Positions 1 to 10,336 of a DNA stretch of 32,585 nucleotides are shown one piece after another (the first letter of the stretch is position 1; the number at the start of each line of letters is the position of its first letter). Under the pieces are notes generated by a model. That model was given only the letters and a program-made list of their open reading frames with translations, searched no databases and was not told the DNA's origin. This DNA is from an uncultured Aquificales bacterium (lineage in GTDB: Bacteria; Thermosulfidibacterota; Thermosulfidibacteria; Thermosulfidibacterales; Thermosulfidibacteraceae), in contig CAYVOC010000012.1 of the NCBI GenBank assembly GCA_964453345.1, positions 5,013 to 37,597 on the forward strand, given 5' to 3'. Position numbers and translations under genes: made by a program.

Positions 1-2
1 TT

Positions 3-584
3 TTAGTTCCCTCTCTGCTTGAGGCGGAGTATTTTGTTAGGGGTTTGGGTGGGGCCCTGCAGGAGGGCCCCTTTTCTTTTCCTGTGTGTTATCTCGAAGG
101 CTTCAACACGGTCCTTGTGGTAAGCGGCGTTGGTAAGGTGAATGCTGCTGTGTGCACCTTCTGTATGATACAACATTTTTCGCCTTCGGAGTTTTGGGTG
201 GTGGGGATAGGGGGAGCCTATCCGGATTCGGGGTTGAGGATAGGTGATCTTGCGGCAGCATCCCTTGAGGTTTACGGTGATGAGATCTTCCCTCCCAAGG
301 AATTTTCCATGACCCCCTTGACAGATCTTGTTTCGGGTAAATTTATTACCCTCTCTAAGTTGCCGGAGAGCGTTGAGGAGGCGGTTAAGCTCTCCACTTC
401 GGAGGGAGGGGCTCTGGTGGAGAATATGGAGGGGGCTGCGGTTGCCCATGCAGCTTCCCGTTTCGGGATTGTTCCGGTGGAGGTGAGGGCGATCAGCAAT
501 ACGGCGGGGATCAGAGACAAGTCCCGCTGGGATGTGGATCTGGCTATGAGAAATCTTGTGGATTTTGTTAGAGAGTTGCTTTAA
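3..584 (+). CDS. mqnB: Futalosine hydrolase (PNP/MTAN fold), 5'-truncated by the window edge
   Basis: The frame is open from base 3 (LVPSLLEAEYF...), so the true start lies upstream. Motifs SGVGKVNAA, GIGGAYP..GL.IGD, ENMEGAAVA and EVRAISN..G.RD..RW are typical of MqnB. mqnD lies in the same cluster. Confidence 0.8.
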   Translation, partial: LVPSLLEAEYFVRGLGGALQEGPFSFPVCYLEGFNTVLVVSGVGKVNAAVCTFCMIQHFSPSEFWVVGIGGAYPDSGLRIGDLAAASLEVYGDEIFPPKEFSMTPLTDLVSGKFITLSKLPESVEEAVKLSTSEGGALVENMEGAAVAHAASRFGIVPVEVRAISNTAGIRDKSRWDVDLAMRNLVDFVRELL

Positions 585-618
585 ATTTTTAGGTGATTTC
601 CCTTTTGGGGGTGCTGCC

Positions 619-1152
619 ATGATAATCAAAGTGAGCGATATACCCGAAAACGGTTTGCATTACGATATAAGGGACAAAAGAACTTCCATTAAGTTTGGTG
701 GGCAGGATCTTTCCATATCAAGATCCTATGCAGGTTTTATGGATGTTTTCAGAACGCCGGATGGCAGAGTCGTGGTTGAGGGGAGCTTCAGCGTTTCCCT
801 TGTTCTGAGGTGTAGCAGGTGCCTTGAGGAGTTCGAGTTTGATGTTATGGAAAGTTTCAAAGACACCTTTTATCCGAGAAGCCTCTGTTCCGGTCATGGG
901 GTGCACGAGCTTTCAAGGGAAGATCTGGATGTTTTATACTATGCCAACAATGAGATCGATCTGAGCATGGTGTATCTTGAGAAGACCTACCTTGCTCTTC
1001 CCATGAAGCCTCTGTGCAGGGAGGATTGCAAGGGTATATGTCCTGTATGCGGCAAGAACTTGAACTATGGTTCGTGTGATTGTAATAAGAGGTTCGTTGA
1101 TCCCAGGTGGGAGAAGCTTGCTCAAATCAAAGAAAAACTGCTGAAGGGGTGA
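619..1152 (+). CDS. yceD: YceD/DUF177 family protein (23S rRNA accumulation, Zn-binding)
   Basis: CSRCL and LPMKPLCREDCKGICPVCGKNLN...CDC...DPRW motifs; directly upstream of rpmF. ATG 619 follows GGGGGTG and is preferred over the ORF-track start at 556. Confidence 0.92.
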   Translation: MIIKVSDIPENGLHYDIRDKRTSIKFGGQDLSISRSYAGFMDVFRTPDGRVVVEGSFSVSLVLRCSRCLEEFEFDVMESFKDTFYPRSLCSGHGVHELSREDLDVLYYANNEIDLSMVYLEKTYLALPMKPLCREDCKGICPVCGKNLNYGSCDCNKRFVDPRWEKLAQIKEKLLKG

Positions 1153-1156
1153 TACT

Positions 1157-1345
1157 ATGGCCGTTCCAAAGAATAGGACTTCCAGGGCGAGAAGGGACAA
1201 GAGAAGGTCCCAGTGGAAGAGGAAGTTCCAGCCGCCTGTGCTTTCCATATGTCCCCAGTGCCAGGAGCCGAAACTTCCCCACAGGGTGTGTCCCCACTGC
1301 GGATTTTACAAGGGCAAGCAGGTGCTGGAGGTTGAGGAGTATTGA
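1157..1345 (+). CDS. rpmF: 50S ribosomal protein L32 (Zn-ribbon form)
   Basis: MAVPKNRTSRARRDKRR N-terminus; CPQC...HRVCPHCGFYKG. Confidence 0.98.
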   Translation: MAVPKNRTSRARRDKRRSQWKRKFQPPVLSICPQCQEPKLPHRVCPHCGFYKGKQVLEVEEY

Positions 1346-2433
1346 GGATAGCCCTTGACGCCATGGGGGGCGATTTCGCCCCCTCTGAGACTGTCAAGGG
1401 AGCCTTAGAGGCATTAGAGCTTGTAAGTCATAAGATTATTCTGGTTGGTGACGCCGAGATCCTCCGACAGGAGCTGGATCGCTTAGGGGCCAAAAATAGC
1501 GACAGGATCCTTATAAAGCACGCCCCTGAAGTGGTCCGCATGGACGAGCAACCCCTTGTGGCCCTCCGCAAAAAGCGCCGTTCCTCCATAAGGGTGGGTC
1601 TGGAGCTTGTTAAGTCCGGGGCGGCACAGGTCTTTGTGAGTGCGGGCAACACGGGAGCCGTTATGCTCGGTGCGAAGATGATTCTGGGGTCTTTAGAGGG
1701 GATATCGAGGCCGGCCATTGCGGTGACCCTCCCTTCAAAGAAGGATCCCTTTGTTCTCATTGATGCGGGGGCCAATGTTGATAGCAAGCCTGAACACATA
1801 GTTGAGTTTGCGATAATGGGCCAGATATACGCCAGGGCCATTTTGGGCAGGGAGAATCCCAAGATAGGGCTTTTGAGCATAGGGGAAGAGGATGTGAAGG
1901 GCAACGGGCTAACCAGGAATGCCTTTATGCTTTTGAAATCTGTTCCCCAGATAAACTTTATCGGTAATGTTGAGGGCAAGGAGTTTTTTGAGGGAAGGGC
2001 GGATGTTGTTGTCTGTGATGGCTTTGTGGGAAATTTAGCCCTCAAGATAAGCGAGAGCGCATCCTCCTTTATAACCCATCTTTTGAAAAGCGTTTTTGAA
2101 AGAAGCATATTTACCAGATTTGCCTACCTGTTTTTGCGAAGGGGCCTTTCCGAGATGCGGGAGAGGGTGGATTATAGAGCCTTCGGAGGTGCGCCGCTTT
2201 TAGGGGTGAGGGGGACCTGTATAATATGCCATGGTTCTTCAAATTCTGAAGCTATTGCAAATGCCATAAAAGTTGCTGTAGATATGGCAGAAAAGCGCGT
2301 GAACGAGAAGATAGAGAAGCACATACAGGCCGTTCATGAGGCGGTCGGCGTGGGAAAGAGTATCTGGAAGCAGCTTAAGGGTAAGTTTTCTCATCTCAGG
2401 GTGCTTATGGAGGAAGAAGGGGGTGAGCAGTGA
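1342..2433 (+). CDS. plsX: Phosphate acyltransferase PlsX
   Basis: RIALDAMGGDFAP, SAGNTGA, DAGAN, VVVCDGFVGN, GGAPLLG, ICHGSS; canonical rpmF-plsX-fabH order; TTG start overlaps the rpmF stop. Confidence 0.97.
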   Translation: MRIALDAMGGDFAPSETVKGALEALELVSHKIILVGDAEILRQELDRLGAKNSDRILIKHAPEVVRMDEQPLVALRKKRRSSIRVGLELVKSGAAQVFVSAGNTGAVMLGAKMILGSLEGISRPAIAVTLPSKKDPFVLIDAGANVDSKPEHIVEFAIMGQIYARAILGRENPKIGLLSIGEEDVKGNGLTRNAFMLLKSVPQINFIGNVEGKEFFEGRADVVVCDGFVGNLALKISESASSFITHLLKSVFERSIFTRFAYLFLRRGLSEMRERVDYRAFGGAPLLGVRGTCIICHGSSNSEAIANAIKVAVDMAEKRVNEKIEKHIQAVHEAVGVGKSIWKQLKGKFSHLRVLMEEEGGEQ

Positions 2434-3407
2434 ACGCCTATGTGAGTGGTCTCTCCTACTATGTGCCTGAGGAGGTTTTGACCAACGCCTATTTTGAGTC
2501 CTACCTTGACACCTCCGATGAATGGATAACCCAGAGGACCGGGATAAAGGAGAGGAGGAGAAGCGCCGAGGGTGAGAATACCTCGGATATGGGCAAGATA
2601 GCGGCGGAAAGAGCTATTGAAGCTTCCGGCGTTTCTAAGGAAGATATAGAGCTTGTGATATGCGCCACTGCAACGCCTGACATGCCCTTTCCATCGGCGG
2701 CCTGCCTTATTGGGGCAAAGCTCGGTCTGAAAGGGGTGCCCGCCTTTGATCTTGCGGCTGGCTGCACGGGCTTCGTTTACGGACTGGCGGTTGCGTCCTC
2801 CTTTGTGAGATCCGGTGTTTACAGAAATGTTCTGGTGATAGGTGCGGAGAGGCTTACGAAGATTATAGATTTTGAAGACAGATCCACCTGCGTTCTCTTC
2901 GGTGACGGTGCAGGGGCCGCTGTGGTTTCCGCTACCGACGAGGACAGGGGGATTCTGGGGTTTAAGCTGCACGCTGATGGGTCCTACGGAGAGCTTCTCT
3001 ATTTGCCTGCACGGGGAACGGCTATTGATCTTACTCCAGAGGTTCTTGAGAAGAAGCTGCACTTTACGAAAATGAAGGGAAACGAGCTTTTCAAGATTGC
3101 CGTTAGGGAGATGGCGAATGTCTCTCTGGAGTTGCTTGAGGAACTTGGGATTGATAGAGAACAGATAGACTGGCTCATACCGCATCAGGCCAACATAAGG
3201 ATCATTTCCACCCTTGCCAAGAGGCTTGGGATTCCCATGGATAAGGTGATAGTTAACATAGATAGATACGGCAACACCTCTGCCGCCTCCATCCCCATTG
3301 CCCTGGGGGAGGCGTTAGAGGAGGGGAGGGTGAAAAGGGGGGATAACCTGCTTCTTGTGGCCTTCGGGGCGGGTCTTACCTGGGGGGCCATGTTTATCAA
3401 GTGGTGA
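2430..3407 (+). CDS. fabH: 3-oxoacyl-ACP synthase III
   Basis: DTSDEWITQRTGIKERR, catalytic AGCTGF, LFGDGAGA, PHQAN, GNTSAASIP, FGAGLTWG. Confidence 0.98.
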   Translation: MNAYVSGLSYYVPEEVLTNAYFESYLDTSDEWITQRTGIKERRRSAEGENTSDMGKIAAERAIEASGVSKEDIELVICATATPDMPFPSAACLIGAKLGLKGVPAFDLAAGCTGFVYGLAVASSFVRSGVYRNVLVIGAERLTKIIDFEDRSTCVLFGDGAGAAVVSATDEDRGILGFKLHADGSYGELLYLPARGTAIDLTPEVLEKKLHFTKMKGNELFKIAVREMANVSLELLEELGIDREQIDWLIPHQANIRIISTLAKRLGIPMDKVIVNIDRYGNTSAASIPIALGEALEEGRVKRGDNLLLVAFGAGLTWGAMFIKW

Positions 3408-3418
3408 TGGAGGCGTCC

Positions 3419-4372
3419 ATGTTTTACACGAGGGTTTGTGAACTTTGCGGGATAGAGTATCCCATCTTTCAGGGTGGGATGGCCTGGGTTTCGGATTATA
3501 GATTGGCCTCTGCCGTTTCCGAAGCCGGTGGGCTCGGGATAATTGCTGCGGGGCACCTCACCCCGGACGAGGTTAGAGAGCAGATAAGAAAGGCGAAGGA
3601 AATGACCTCTAAGCCCTTTGGTTTGAATATCATGCTCATGTCCCCTTACGCCGAGGAGATTGTGCGGGTGGCCATAGAGGAGAAGGTTGCCGTTGTGACA
3701 ACGGGTGCGGGCAACCCTGGCAAATACGTCAAGCCCCTGAAGGAGGCGGGGATCCGGGTGATTCCCGTTGTGGCCTCTGTCGCCCTTGCCCAGAGGGTGG
3801 CGAGGGAAGGGGTTGATGCCATCATAGCGGAGGGGATGGAGTCCGGAGGGCACATAGGGGACATAACCACCATGGCCCTCGTTCCGCAGGTGGTGGATGC
3901 AGTGGATGTGCCTGTGATTGCGGCAGGGGGTATCGCCGATGCCAGGGGTTTCTTGGCTGCGCTTATGCTGGGAGCCGAGGGCGTTCAGATGGGAACCAGA
4001 TTCGCCCTTTCAAAGGAGTGTGCTGTCCATGAGAACTGGAAGAGGATGTATATAAAGGCCAGGGACAGGGATACCGTTGTGACGGGCAGAAGCACAGGGC
4101 ATCCTGTGAGGGTTATAAAGAACAAGCTCGCCAGGCGGTTTGAGCAGATGGAAAGGGAGGGCGCTCCCAAGGAGGAGCTGGAGAGGCTGGGAAGCGGAGC
4201 GCTCAAAAAAGCCGCCCTTGAGGGGGATATTGAGTGGGGATCGGTTATGGCGGGGCAGATAGTTGGGATGCTTAAAGAGGAAAAGAGCGTTAGGGAAATC
4301 ATAGAGGAGATCATCACGGGGGCTGAGAATCTGCTGGCTGAGAAGTGCAAGCGCTTTGGAGGCGGAAGATGA
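3419..4372 (+). CDS. fabK: Enoyl-ACP reductase II (FMN-dependent)
   Basis: YPIFQGGMAWV, EGMESGGHIG, PVIAAGGIAD, GVQMGTRF, TGHPVR, MAGQI; inside the fab cluster. ATG 3419 follows GGAGG. Confidence 0.92.
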   Translation: MFYTRVCELCGIEYPIFQGGMAWVSDYRLASAVSEAGGLGIIAAGHLTPDEVREQIRKAKEMTSKPFGLNIMLMSPYAEEIVRVAIEEKVAVVTTGAGNPGKYVKPLKEAGIRVIPVVASVALAQRVAREGVDAIIAEGMESGGHIGDITTMALVPQVVDAVDVPVIAAGGIADARGFLAALMLGAEGVQMGTRFALSKECAVHENWKRMYIKARDRDTVVTGRSTGHPVRVIKNKLARRFEQMEREGAPKEELERLGSGALKKAALEGDIEWGSVMAGQIVGMLKEEKSVREIIEEIITGAENLLAEKCKRFGGGR

Positions 4373-5289
4373 AGTTTGCCGTCGTTTTTCCAGGGCAGGG
4401 ATCCCAGTATTCGGGGATGGGCAAGGCCTTTTACGATGCCTTTGAGGAGGTGAGGGAGGTATTTGACAGGGCCTCCGCTACCCTTGGCTTTGACATGGCG
4501 AAGCTCTGCTTTGAGGGATCGGAAGAAGATCTGAAGCTCACAGAGAACACCCAGCCGTCCATTCTCACTGTGAGCTACGCCATCTACAGGGTGCTGGAGA
4601 CTAAACTTGAGGGAGCCGCCTTTGTGGCGGGACACAGCCTCGGAGAATATACGGCCTGCGTTGCGGCGGGCATGCTTTCCTTTGAGGATGCGGTCTATGC
4701 GGTGAGAAAGAGGGGTCAGTTCATGCAGGAGGCCACTCCCGTGGGAACGGGGGCCATGGCGGCGATTATGGGGCTGGACTTTGGCGTGGTGGAAGAGGTG
4801 TGCAGAAGCGTTGAGGGTGTGGTGGAACCTGCCAATTACAACTCCCCTGAGCAGCTGGTTATAGCCGGGGAAAAGTCGGCGGTTGAGAGGGCCTGTGAGC
4901 TGTTGAAGGAGAAGGGGGCGAAGAGGGTGATTATGCTGAAGGTCAGCGCACCCTTTCACTGTTCCCTGATGAGGCCCGCTGCTGAAAGATTAAAAGAGGT
5001 GCTTGAGGGCATAGAGTTTTCCGATGCTGGTATCCCCGTTGTGTCCAATGTGACGGCGGCTCCTGTGGTCAGAGGAGAAGAGGAGAGGGAGCTTCTCATA
5101 AAGCAGGTGGTTTCTCCGGTGAAATGGTATCAGAGCGTGAAGTTCATGGAGTCTGAGGGGGTGGAGCTTTTCGTGGAGGTGGGGCCGTCAAGGGTTCTTT
5201 CCGGGCTGATAAAGAAGACAAACCGCAAACTTAAGACGGTTAATGTGGAGAAGCCGGAGGATATGGAGAAGTTGGAGGCTGTGCTATGA
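4369..5289 (+). CDS. fabD: Malonyl-CoA:ACP transacylase
   Basis: FPGQGSQ, TENTQP, GHSLGEY, VSAPFHC, EVGP; ATG 4369 overlaps the fabK stop (ATGA). Confidence 0.98.
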   Translation: MKFAVVFPGQGSQYSGMGKAFYDAFEEVREVFDRASATLGFDMAKLCFEGSEEDLKLTENTQPSILTVSYAIYRVLETKLEGAAFVAGHSLGEYTACVAAGMLSFEDAVYAVRKRGQFMQEATPVGTGAMAAIMGLDFGVVEEVCRSVEGVVEPANYNSPEQLVIAGEKSAVERACELLKEKGAKRVIMLKVSAPFHCSLMRPAAERLKEVLEGIEFSDAGIPVVSNVTAAPVVRGEEERELLIKQVVSPVKWYQSVKFMESEGVELFVEVGPSRVLSGLIKKTNRKLKTVNVEKPEDMEKLEAVL

Positions 5290-6017
5290 GGATAGCCCTT
5301 GTTACGGGAGGAAGCAGGGGAATAGGAAGGGCCATATGTGAGAGCCTTGCGAAGATGGGCTACGGGGTTTTTGTAAATTACGCCTCAAGCGAGGCCTTGG
5401 CTGAAGAGGTCGTTGAGGGCATCAGATCTTCGGGCGGAAGCGCATGGGCTGTGAAAGCGGATGTTTCGGATCCGGAGCAGGTGAAGGAGATGGTTAAGCG
5501 GATAGAGAAGGAGGCCGGGCCTGTTGAGGTTCTGGTGAACAACGCCGGCATCACCAGGGACAACATTCTCGCCCGCATGAAGGATGAGCAGTGGGATGAG
5601 GTGATCAACACCAATCTCAAAGGGGCCTATCTTGTCACCAAGGCGGTTGTAAGGGGGATGATGAAGAAAAGGTGGGGCAGGATCGTCAATATCTCCTCTG
5701 TTGTGGCCCTGATAGGGAATCAGGGGCAGGCCAACTACTGTGCAGCTAAAGCAGGGCTTATAGGTTTCACCAAAGCCCTTGCAAAGGAGCTTGGTAGCAG
5801 AAATATAACCGTCAATGCCGTTTGCCCCGGTTATATAGAGACGGACATGACGGCGGATCTGCCAGAGGATGCCAAAAGGGCCATGATAGAGGCGACCGTT
5901 TTGAAGAGGCCGGGAAGGCCGGAAGAGGTGGCTTCCCTTGTGGCTTTCTTGTGCTCTGAAGAAGCTTCATATATAACGGGACAGGTCTTCGTTGTTGACG
6001 GCGGCTTGTCCCTTTAA
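5286..6017 (+). CDS. fabG: 3-oxoacyl-ACP reductase
   Basis: [27 protein letters not shown] (YxxxK), PGYIETDMT. Confidence 0.97.
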   Translation: MRIALVTGGSRGIGRAICESLAKMGYGVFVNYASSEALAEEVVEGIRSSGGSAWAVKADVSDPEQVKEMVKRIEKEAGPVEVLVNNAGITRDNILARMKDEQWDEVINTNLKGAYLVTKAVVRGMMKKRWGRIVNISSVVALIGNQGQANYCAAKAGLIGFTKALAKELGSRNITVNAVCPGYIETDMTADLPEDAKRAMIEATVLKRPGRPEEVASLVAFLCSEEASYITGQVFVVDGGLSL

Positions 6018-6041
6018 AAAATTCTATCGGGAGGTTGGGTG

Positions 6042-6296
6042 ATGGACGTGAAGGATATTGAGGCAAAGATTAAGGAGATCATCGTGGAGCAGCTCAACGT
6101 GGATGAGAGCGAGGTAACCCCCGATGCCTCCTTCATCGATGATCTGGGTGCTGACTCCCTGGATATCGTGGAGCTGGTGATGGCCATTGAGGAAGCCTTT
6201 GATATTGAAATACCTGATGAGGATGCGGAAAAGATAAGGACGGTGAAGGATGCCATTGAGTATGTGAAGAAAAAGCTGGAGGAGAAGGGAGAGTGA
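6042..6296 (+). CDS. acpP: Acyl carrier protein
   Basis: [20 protein letters not shown] phosphopantetheine site; GGAGG SD upstream (start GTG 6039 or ATG 6042). Confidence 0.98.
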   Translation: MDVKDIEAKIKEIIVEQLNVDESEVTPDASFIDDLGADSLDIVELVMAIEEAFDIEIPDEDAEKIRTVKDAIEYVKKKLEEKGE

Positions 6297-7525
6297 GGAG
6301 GGTCGTTGTAACCGGTATAGGTTGCGTATGCCCTCTCGGAAACAGTGTTGCCGAAAGCTGGGAGAAGCTTGTTAAGGGTGTATCCGGTATTGGTCCCATA
6401 ACCAGATTTGATGCGACTGGTATCTCGTCCCGGATAGCGGGCGAGGTGAAGGGCTTTGATGGTTCAAGGTATTTTGACAAAAAGGAGCTGAAGAGAACGG
6501 ATCTGTTTTTGCAGTATGCGGTTGCAGCGGCTGAGGAGGCCATAAAGGATAGCGGGCTTGATCTTGACAGCATAAACAGGGATGAGGTGGGGGTTCTCAT
6601 AGGCTCCGGTATAGGCGGGCTGCAGACCATCCAGCAGAACTGCGAGATCCTTGCCACGAAGGGGCCCCGCCGTCTTTCCCCCTTCTTCATCCCCATGGCC
6701 ATTATAAACATGGCCTCGGCCATGGTGGCCATGAGATACGGGTTCAGGGGACCTCAGAATGCGGTGGTGACCGCCTGTGCCACGGGGACAAACGCCATAG
6801 GGGACGCCTTTAAGATTATTCAGAGGGGAGATGCCCCCGTGGTTATAGCCGGCGGAGCGGAGGCGGCGATTTGCAAGCTCGGTGTTGCGGGCTTTGCCGT
6901 TATGAGGGCCCTTTCCACAAGAAACGATGAGCCTGAAAAGGCCTCAAGGCCCTTTGATAGGGACAGGGACGGTTTTGTAATCGGAGAGGGAGCCGGAGTC
7001 CTTGTCCTTGAGGACTACGAGCACGCTAAGAGAAGGGGAGCCAAGATCTACGCCGAGATAATAGGATACGGTATGAGCAGCGACGCCTTCCACATAACCA
7101 TGCCGGATGAGACGGGCGAGGGTGCGGCCCTTGCCATGCTCAGGGCTCTTAGGGACGCCGGCGTTTCCCCCGAGGAGGTTGACTACATAAACGCCCACGG
7201 GACCTCCACGCCCCTCAATGATAAGACCGAGACCTTGGCGATAAAGAAGGTCTTCGGGGATCACGCATACAAGCTCTGGATTTCCTCCAACAAGTCCATG
7301 ATAGGGCACCTTCTCGGTGCGGCAGGCGCCGTGGAGGCGATATTCACCGTGAAGAGCATTCAGGAAGGGATTGTCCCTCCCACCATAAACTACGAGAATC
7401 CGGATCCCGAGTGCGATCTTGACTATGTTCCCAATCAGGCCAGGGAGAAAAAGATCGAGGTGGCCCTTTCCAACTCCTTCGGCTTTGGTGGGGTGAATGC
7501 TTGCCTCGTTTTTAGAAAGATTTGA
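6293..7525 (+). CDS. fabF: 3-oxoacyl-ACP synthase II
   Basis: [55 protein letters not shown]. Confidence 0.98.
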   Translation: MRRVVVTGIGCVCPLGNSVAESWEKLVKGVSGIGPITRFDATGISSRIAGEVKGFDGSRYFDKKELKRTDLFLQYAVAAAEEAIKDSGLDLDSINRDEVGVLIGSGIGGLQTIQQNCEILATKGPRRLSPFFIPMAIINMASAMVAMRYGFRGPQNAVVTACATGTNAIGDAFKIIQRGDAPVVIAGGAEAAICKLGVAGFAVMRALSTRNDEPEKASRPFDRDRDGFVIGEGAGVLVLEDYEHAKRRGAKIYAEIIGYGMSSDAFHITMPDETGEGAALAMLRALRDAGVSPEEVDYINAHGTSTPLNDKTETLAIKKVFGDHAYKLWISSNKSMIGHLLGAAGAVEAIFTVKSIQEGIVPPTINYENPDPECDLDYVPNQAREKKIEVALSNSFGFGGVNACLVFRKI

Positions 7526-8189
7526 AGAGAGGCTAAGGGAGCTTGAGAAAAGGATAGGCTACGGCTTTAAGAGGCGGGAGCTTCTGTTAGAGGCCCTTTT
7601 GCACAGGTCCTTTGCCAAGGAGGCCGGGATTCCTGTGGATAATGAGCGTCTGGAGTTTCTGGGGGACGCCTTTTTGAATTTTGAGGTGGGGTTGCATCTC
7701 TTCAAAAGCAGGCCGGGCCTTTCCGAGGGGGGACTTACCAAGGAGAGGGCCGCCCTCGTGAGGGAGGAGGCTCTGGCCTGGGCTGCAAGAAAGATAGGGC
7801 TTGGTGATTTTCTGCTTCTGGGTAAGGGTGAGGAGGCGCAGGGGGGCAGATACAGGGATTCAAACCTCGCCGATGCCTTTGAGGCCCTGGTGGGGGCCGT
7901 GCTTCTGGATGGCGGCATACTTAAGGCGAGGTCTTTGGTGAGAAGGTTGCTGGTGAAGAGCAACGTTCCGAGGTTTGAGGACTACAAGTCCAGGCTGGTT
8001 GAGCTGTGCGATAGACTCTCCTATCCCCAGCCCACTTTCAGGGTTGAAAACCAGGGATCTGTGGTCAGGGTTGAACTCAGGCTGAACGGCTTCAGGGCGG
8101 TGGTGTTCGGCTCCTCAAGAAGGGAGGCGGAGAGATTCGCCTCCAGAATCGCCTACGCCAGGTTTGCGGGGGTATCCGATGCCCCTTAG
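7497..8189 (+). CDS. rnc: Ribonuclease III
   Basis: Signature [10 protein letters not shown] and [11 protein letters not shown]-terminal dsRBD-like region starting DYKSRL; typical position after fabF. Confidence 0.93.
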   Translation: MLASFLERFEERLRELEKRIGYGFKRRELLLEALLHRSFAKEAGIPVDNERLEFLGDAFLNFEVGLHLFKSRPGLSEGGLTKERAALVREEALAWAARKIGLGDFLLLGKGEEAQGGRYRDSNLADAFEALVGAVLLDGGILKARSLVRRLLVKSNVPRFEDYKSRLVELCDRLSYPQPTFRVENQGSVVRVELRLNGFRAVVFGSSRREAERFASRIAYARFAGVSDAP

Positions 8190-8970
8190 CTTCGGGATGT
8201 CCTTTTGCCCCAACGACACCTTCCTCTTCTACGCCCTTGCCCACGGGAAGACGAGGGTGGGAAGTCTTGATGTTGTTATGGCGGATGTTGAGGAGCTGAA
8301 CCAGAGGGTTATCGATGGTAGCCTTGATGTCTCCAAGGTTTCGGTTGGGGTCTTGCCGGAGGTGAGGGATAGCTATCTTTTGCTTGATGCCGGAGCCGCC
8401 TTCGGCATGCTTGAGGCCCCCGTTGTGGTTGCAAGGAGGGTTATGTCACCGGCGGATGTCAAAAGGTTGGCTATACCGGGGTTTCACACAACCGCCTTTC
8501 TGCTATACAGGCTCTTTTTCCCTGTTCCGCAAAGGGTCTTTGCCGTCAGATACGATGCCGTTGCGGATGTGGTGGCGAAGGGGGATGCGGATGCGGGCAT
8601 ACTTATCCACGAGGGCAGGTTCGTCTATAGAAGATACGGCCTTGAGCTGGTCGCCGATCTCGGCGAGCTGTGGAGAGAAAGGGCAGGCGATCTGCCTGTT
8701 CCCTTGGGGTGTGTGGTTATAAGGAGGGATCTTGCGCATCTGAAGGGAGAGTTTGAGCAGGCCATAAGGGAGAGCCTTGAGTATGCCAGATCCCATCCGG
8801 ATGAGGTGATGCCCTTTGTTAAAAGGCACGCCCAGGAGATGGATGATCTGGTGATAAAGAAGCACATAGAGGCCTTCGTCAATAAATACACCCTTGATCT
8901 GGGAAGCGAGGGCAGAAGGGCGGTTGAGCTGCTTTTATCTTCCCAGGATAAGGAACCTCATAACGGATAG
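8179..8970 (+). CDS. mqnD: 1,4-dihydroxy-6-naphthoate synthase (futalosine menaquinone pathway)
   Basis: S.CPNDTF.FYAL, DVEELN, IHEGRF.Y, DLGELW, LPVPLG, HAQEMD..VI..HI..FVN.YT; ATG 8179 chosen. Confidence 0.93.
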   Translation: MPLSFGMSFCPNDTFLFYALAHGKTRVGSLDVVMADVEELNQRVIDGSLDVSKVSVGVLPEVRDSYLLLDAGAAFGMLEAPVVVARRVMSPADVKRLAIPGFHTTAFLLYRLFFPVPQRVFAVRYDAVADVVAKGDADAGILIHEGRFVYRRYGLELVADLGELWRERAGDLPVPLGCVVIRRDLAHLKGEFEQAIRESLEYARSHPDEVMPFVKRHAQEMDDLVIKKHIEAFVNKYTLDLGSEGRRAVELLLSSQDKEPHNG

Positions 8971-9627
8971 GGCGTATAGGGCGGCTGTTTCGGAGCGCAG
9001 AATGACGGGGCCTAAGGATACGGGCTTTGCTCCTTTATTTTTAAGCAGTTGGATTTCCTCTTCGGATATGCCCCCTTCGGGTCCGATGATTATCCCGACG
9101 CTTTCTTCATGGTTGTAGGATATTTTCTGGTTTCTTTCCCCTTCCCATGGGACTATACAGAGCTCGGGGAGATCTATCTCCTCTATTTTGCTGAAGTTTC
9201 TTATGGTGGGGATCACCACCCTTCCGCACTGCTTTGTGGCCTCTTTGGCTATCTTTGCCCATCTCTTGATCTTGGATGGCTTTGGCTTCGGTATGCTTCT
9301 TTCCATGATAAGGGGAACGATTTCCGCCACTCCGAGTTCTGTGGCCTTCTGAATAAGAAGGTCCATCTTCTCACCCTTCAGAATGCCTATAAAAAGAGTT
9401 ATTCGAGCGGGAAGCTCCCTTTCGGTTGGGCTTTCTACATTTAGGATGTGTGCCTTGTTTTCTTCGATAAGGGATGCAACCGCTTCCTGTCCCCTGCCGT
9501 TTATCACAAGGAAGGTTTCCCCCGGTTTCACCCGTCTCACCCTGAGATGATGAAGCTCCTCTTCGGGAATTTTTATTGTTGATCCTGCCTTCAGCTCTTC
9601 CTCGACGAGTATCCTTGGTTTTGACAT
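8935..9627 (-). CDS. rsmE: 16S rRNA m3U1498 methyltransferase (SPOUT)
   Basis: [42 protein letters not shown]. Confidence 0.96.
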   Translation of the reverse strand: MSKPRILVEEELKAGSTIKIPEEELHHLRVRRVKPGETFLVINGRGQEAVASLIEENKAHILNVESPTERELPARITLFIGILKGEKMDLLIQKATELGVAEIVPLIMERSIPKPKPSKIKRWAKIAKEATKQCGRVVIPTIRNFSKIEEIDLPELCIVPWEGERNQKISYNHEESVGIIIGPEGGISEEEIQLLKNKGAKPVSLGPVILRSETAALYALSVMRFLILGR

Positions 9628-9628
9628 C

Positions 9629-10318
9629 TCAGGTGCTCCTTGCGAAGGTTATGCATATCACCTTTCTGGCTCCTGCATTCTTGAGGACCCTGGCCGCTTC
9701 CGAAAGGGTGGCGGTGGTGGTGGCCACATCGTCTATTACAGCCACGTGCTCTGGGGGAATGCCTTTGACGGCTATGCTGCCCATGGGGTTCTTCAGGCGT
9801 TTTGTTGCGCTTAGGGAGGTCTGGGGAGGGGTGAATCTTGTCCTTGTCAAGAGATTTCTGACTTCCGTTCCCGTAAGTTCTCCCATTATCTCTGCTATGA
9901 GTTTGCTCTGGTTGAACTCCCTCTTTAGCCTTCTTTTCCAGTGCAGGGGTATGGGTGTGAGAACATCCACCCTTTTGAGAAGCTCAGGGATGTGGGGGCA
10001 GTTCTCAAGGGCTCTTTCTATCAGGAGTCTGATTCCCCTTGCGGCAGGTATGCTTGCCCTGAATTTTAGCGATAGAACGAGCCCGTCCACGGATCTGTAT
10101 TCATACAGCCCGACGAGGGCGTCAAAGGGAAGATCTTTTCCTATGCAGTTGCCGCATCCGTGAAAGATTCCTGACTTCAGGGGAAGGCCGCATCTTGTGC
10201 ACGCTTTATTTAAGGGGGTGCAGTTAGCCAGGCATTCTGGGCATAAGGGGGCGTTTTCTCTGTATTTTGTATTGCACAGGGGACATGTTTTTGGAAAAAG
10301 TAGCGTGTTTGCAAACAT
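9629..10318 (-). CDS. comF: ComF family protein (double zinc ribbon + PRTase-like domain)
   Basis: LFPKTCPLC..LCPEC, CTRCG..CGNC, PIPLH..R...REFNQS, VIDDVATT.AT, GA..V. Probable start is ATG at 10318; the ORF track extends to 10357. Confidence 0.9.
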   Translation of the reverse strand: MFANTLLFPKTCPLCNTKYRENAPLCPECLANCTPLNKACTRCGLPLKSGIFHGCGNCIGKDLPFDALVGLYEYRSVDGLVLSLKFRASIPAARGIRLLIERALENCPHIPELLKRVDVLTPIPLHWKRRLKREFNQSKLIAEIMGELTGTEVRNLLTRTRFTPPQTSLSATKRLKNPMGSIAVKGIPPEHVAVIDDVATTTATLSEAARVLKNAGARKVICITFARST

Positions 10319-10336
10319 TCGTTTTTTAATTATAGT
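10309..10336 (+). promoter_or_regulatory. Sigma70-type promoter for the DHODH-like/GGDEF/aroA/recG unit (probably leaderless)
   Basis: TTGCAA (10309-10314), 16 nt, TATAGT (10331-10336), then 7 nt to the ATG at 10344. Confidence 0.6.

Noticed and set aside
3985-4959. 324-aa minus-strand ORF
   Set aside because: Antisense shadow of fabK/fabD; no recognisable motifs
9576-10163. 195-aa plus-strand ORF (also 9049-9444)
   Set aside because: Antisense to the well-supported comF and rsmE genes
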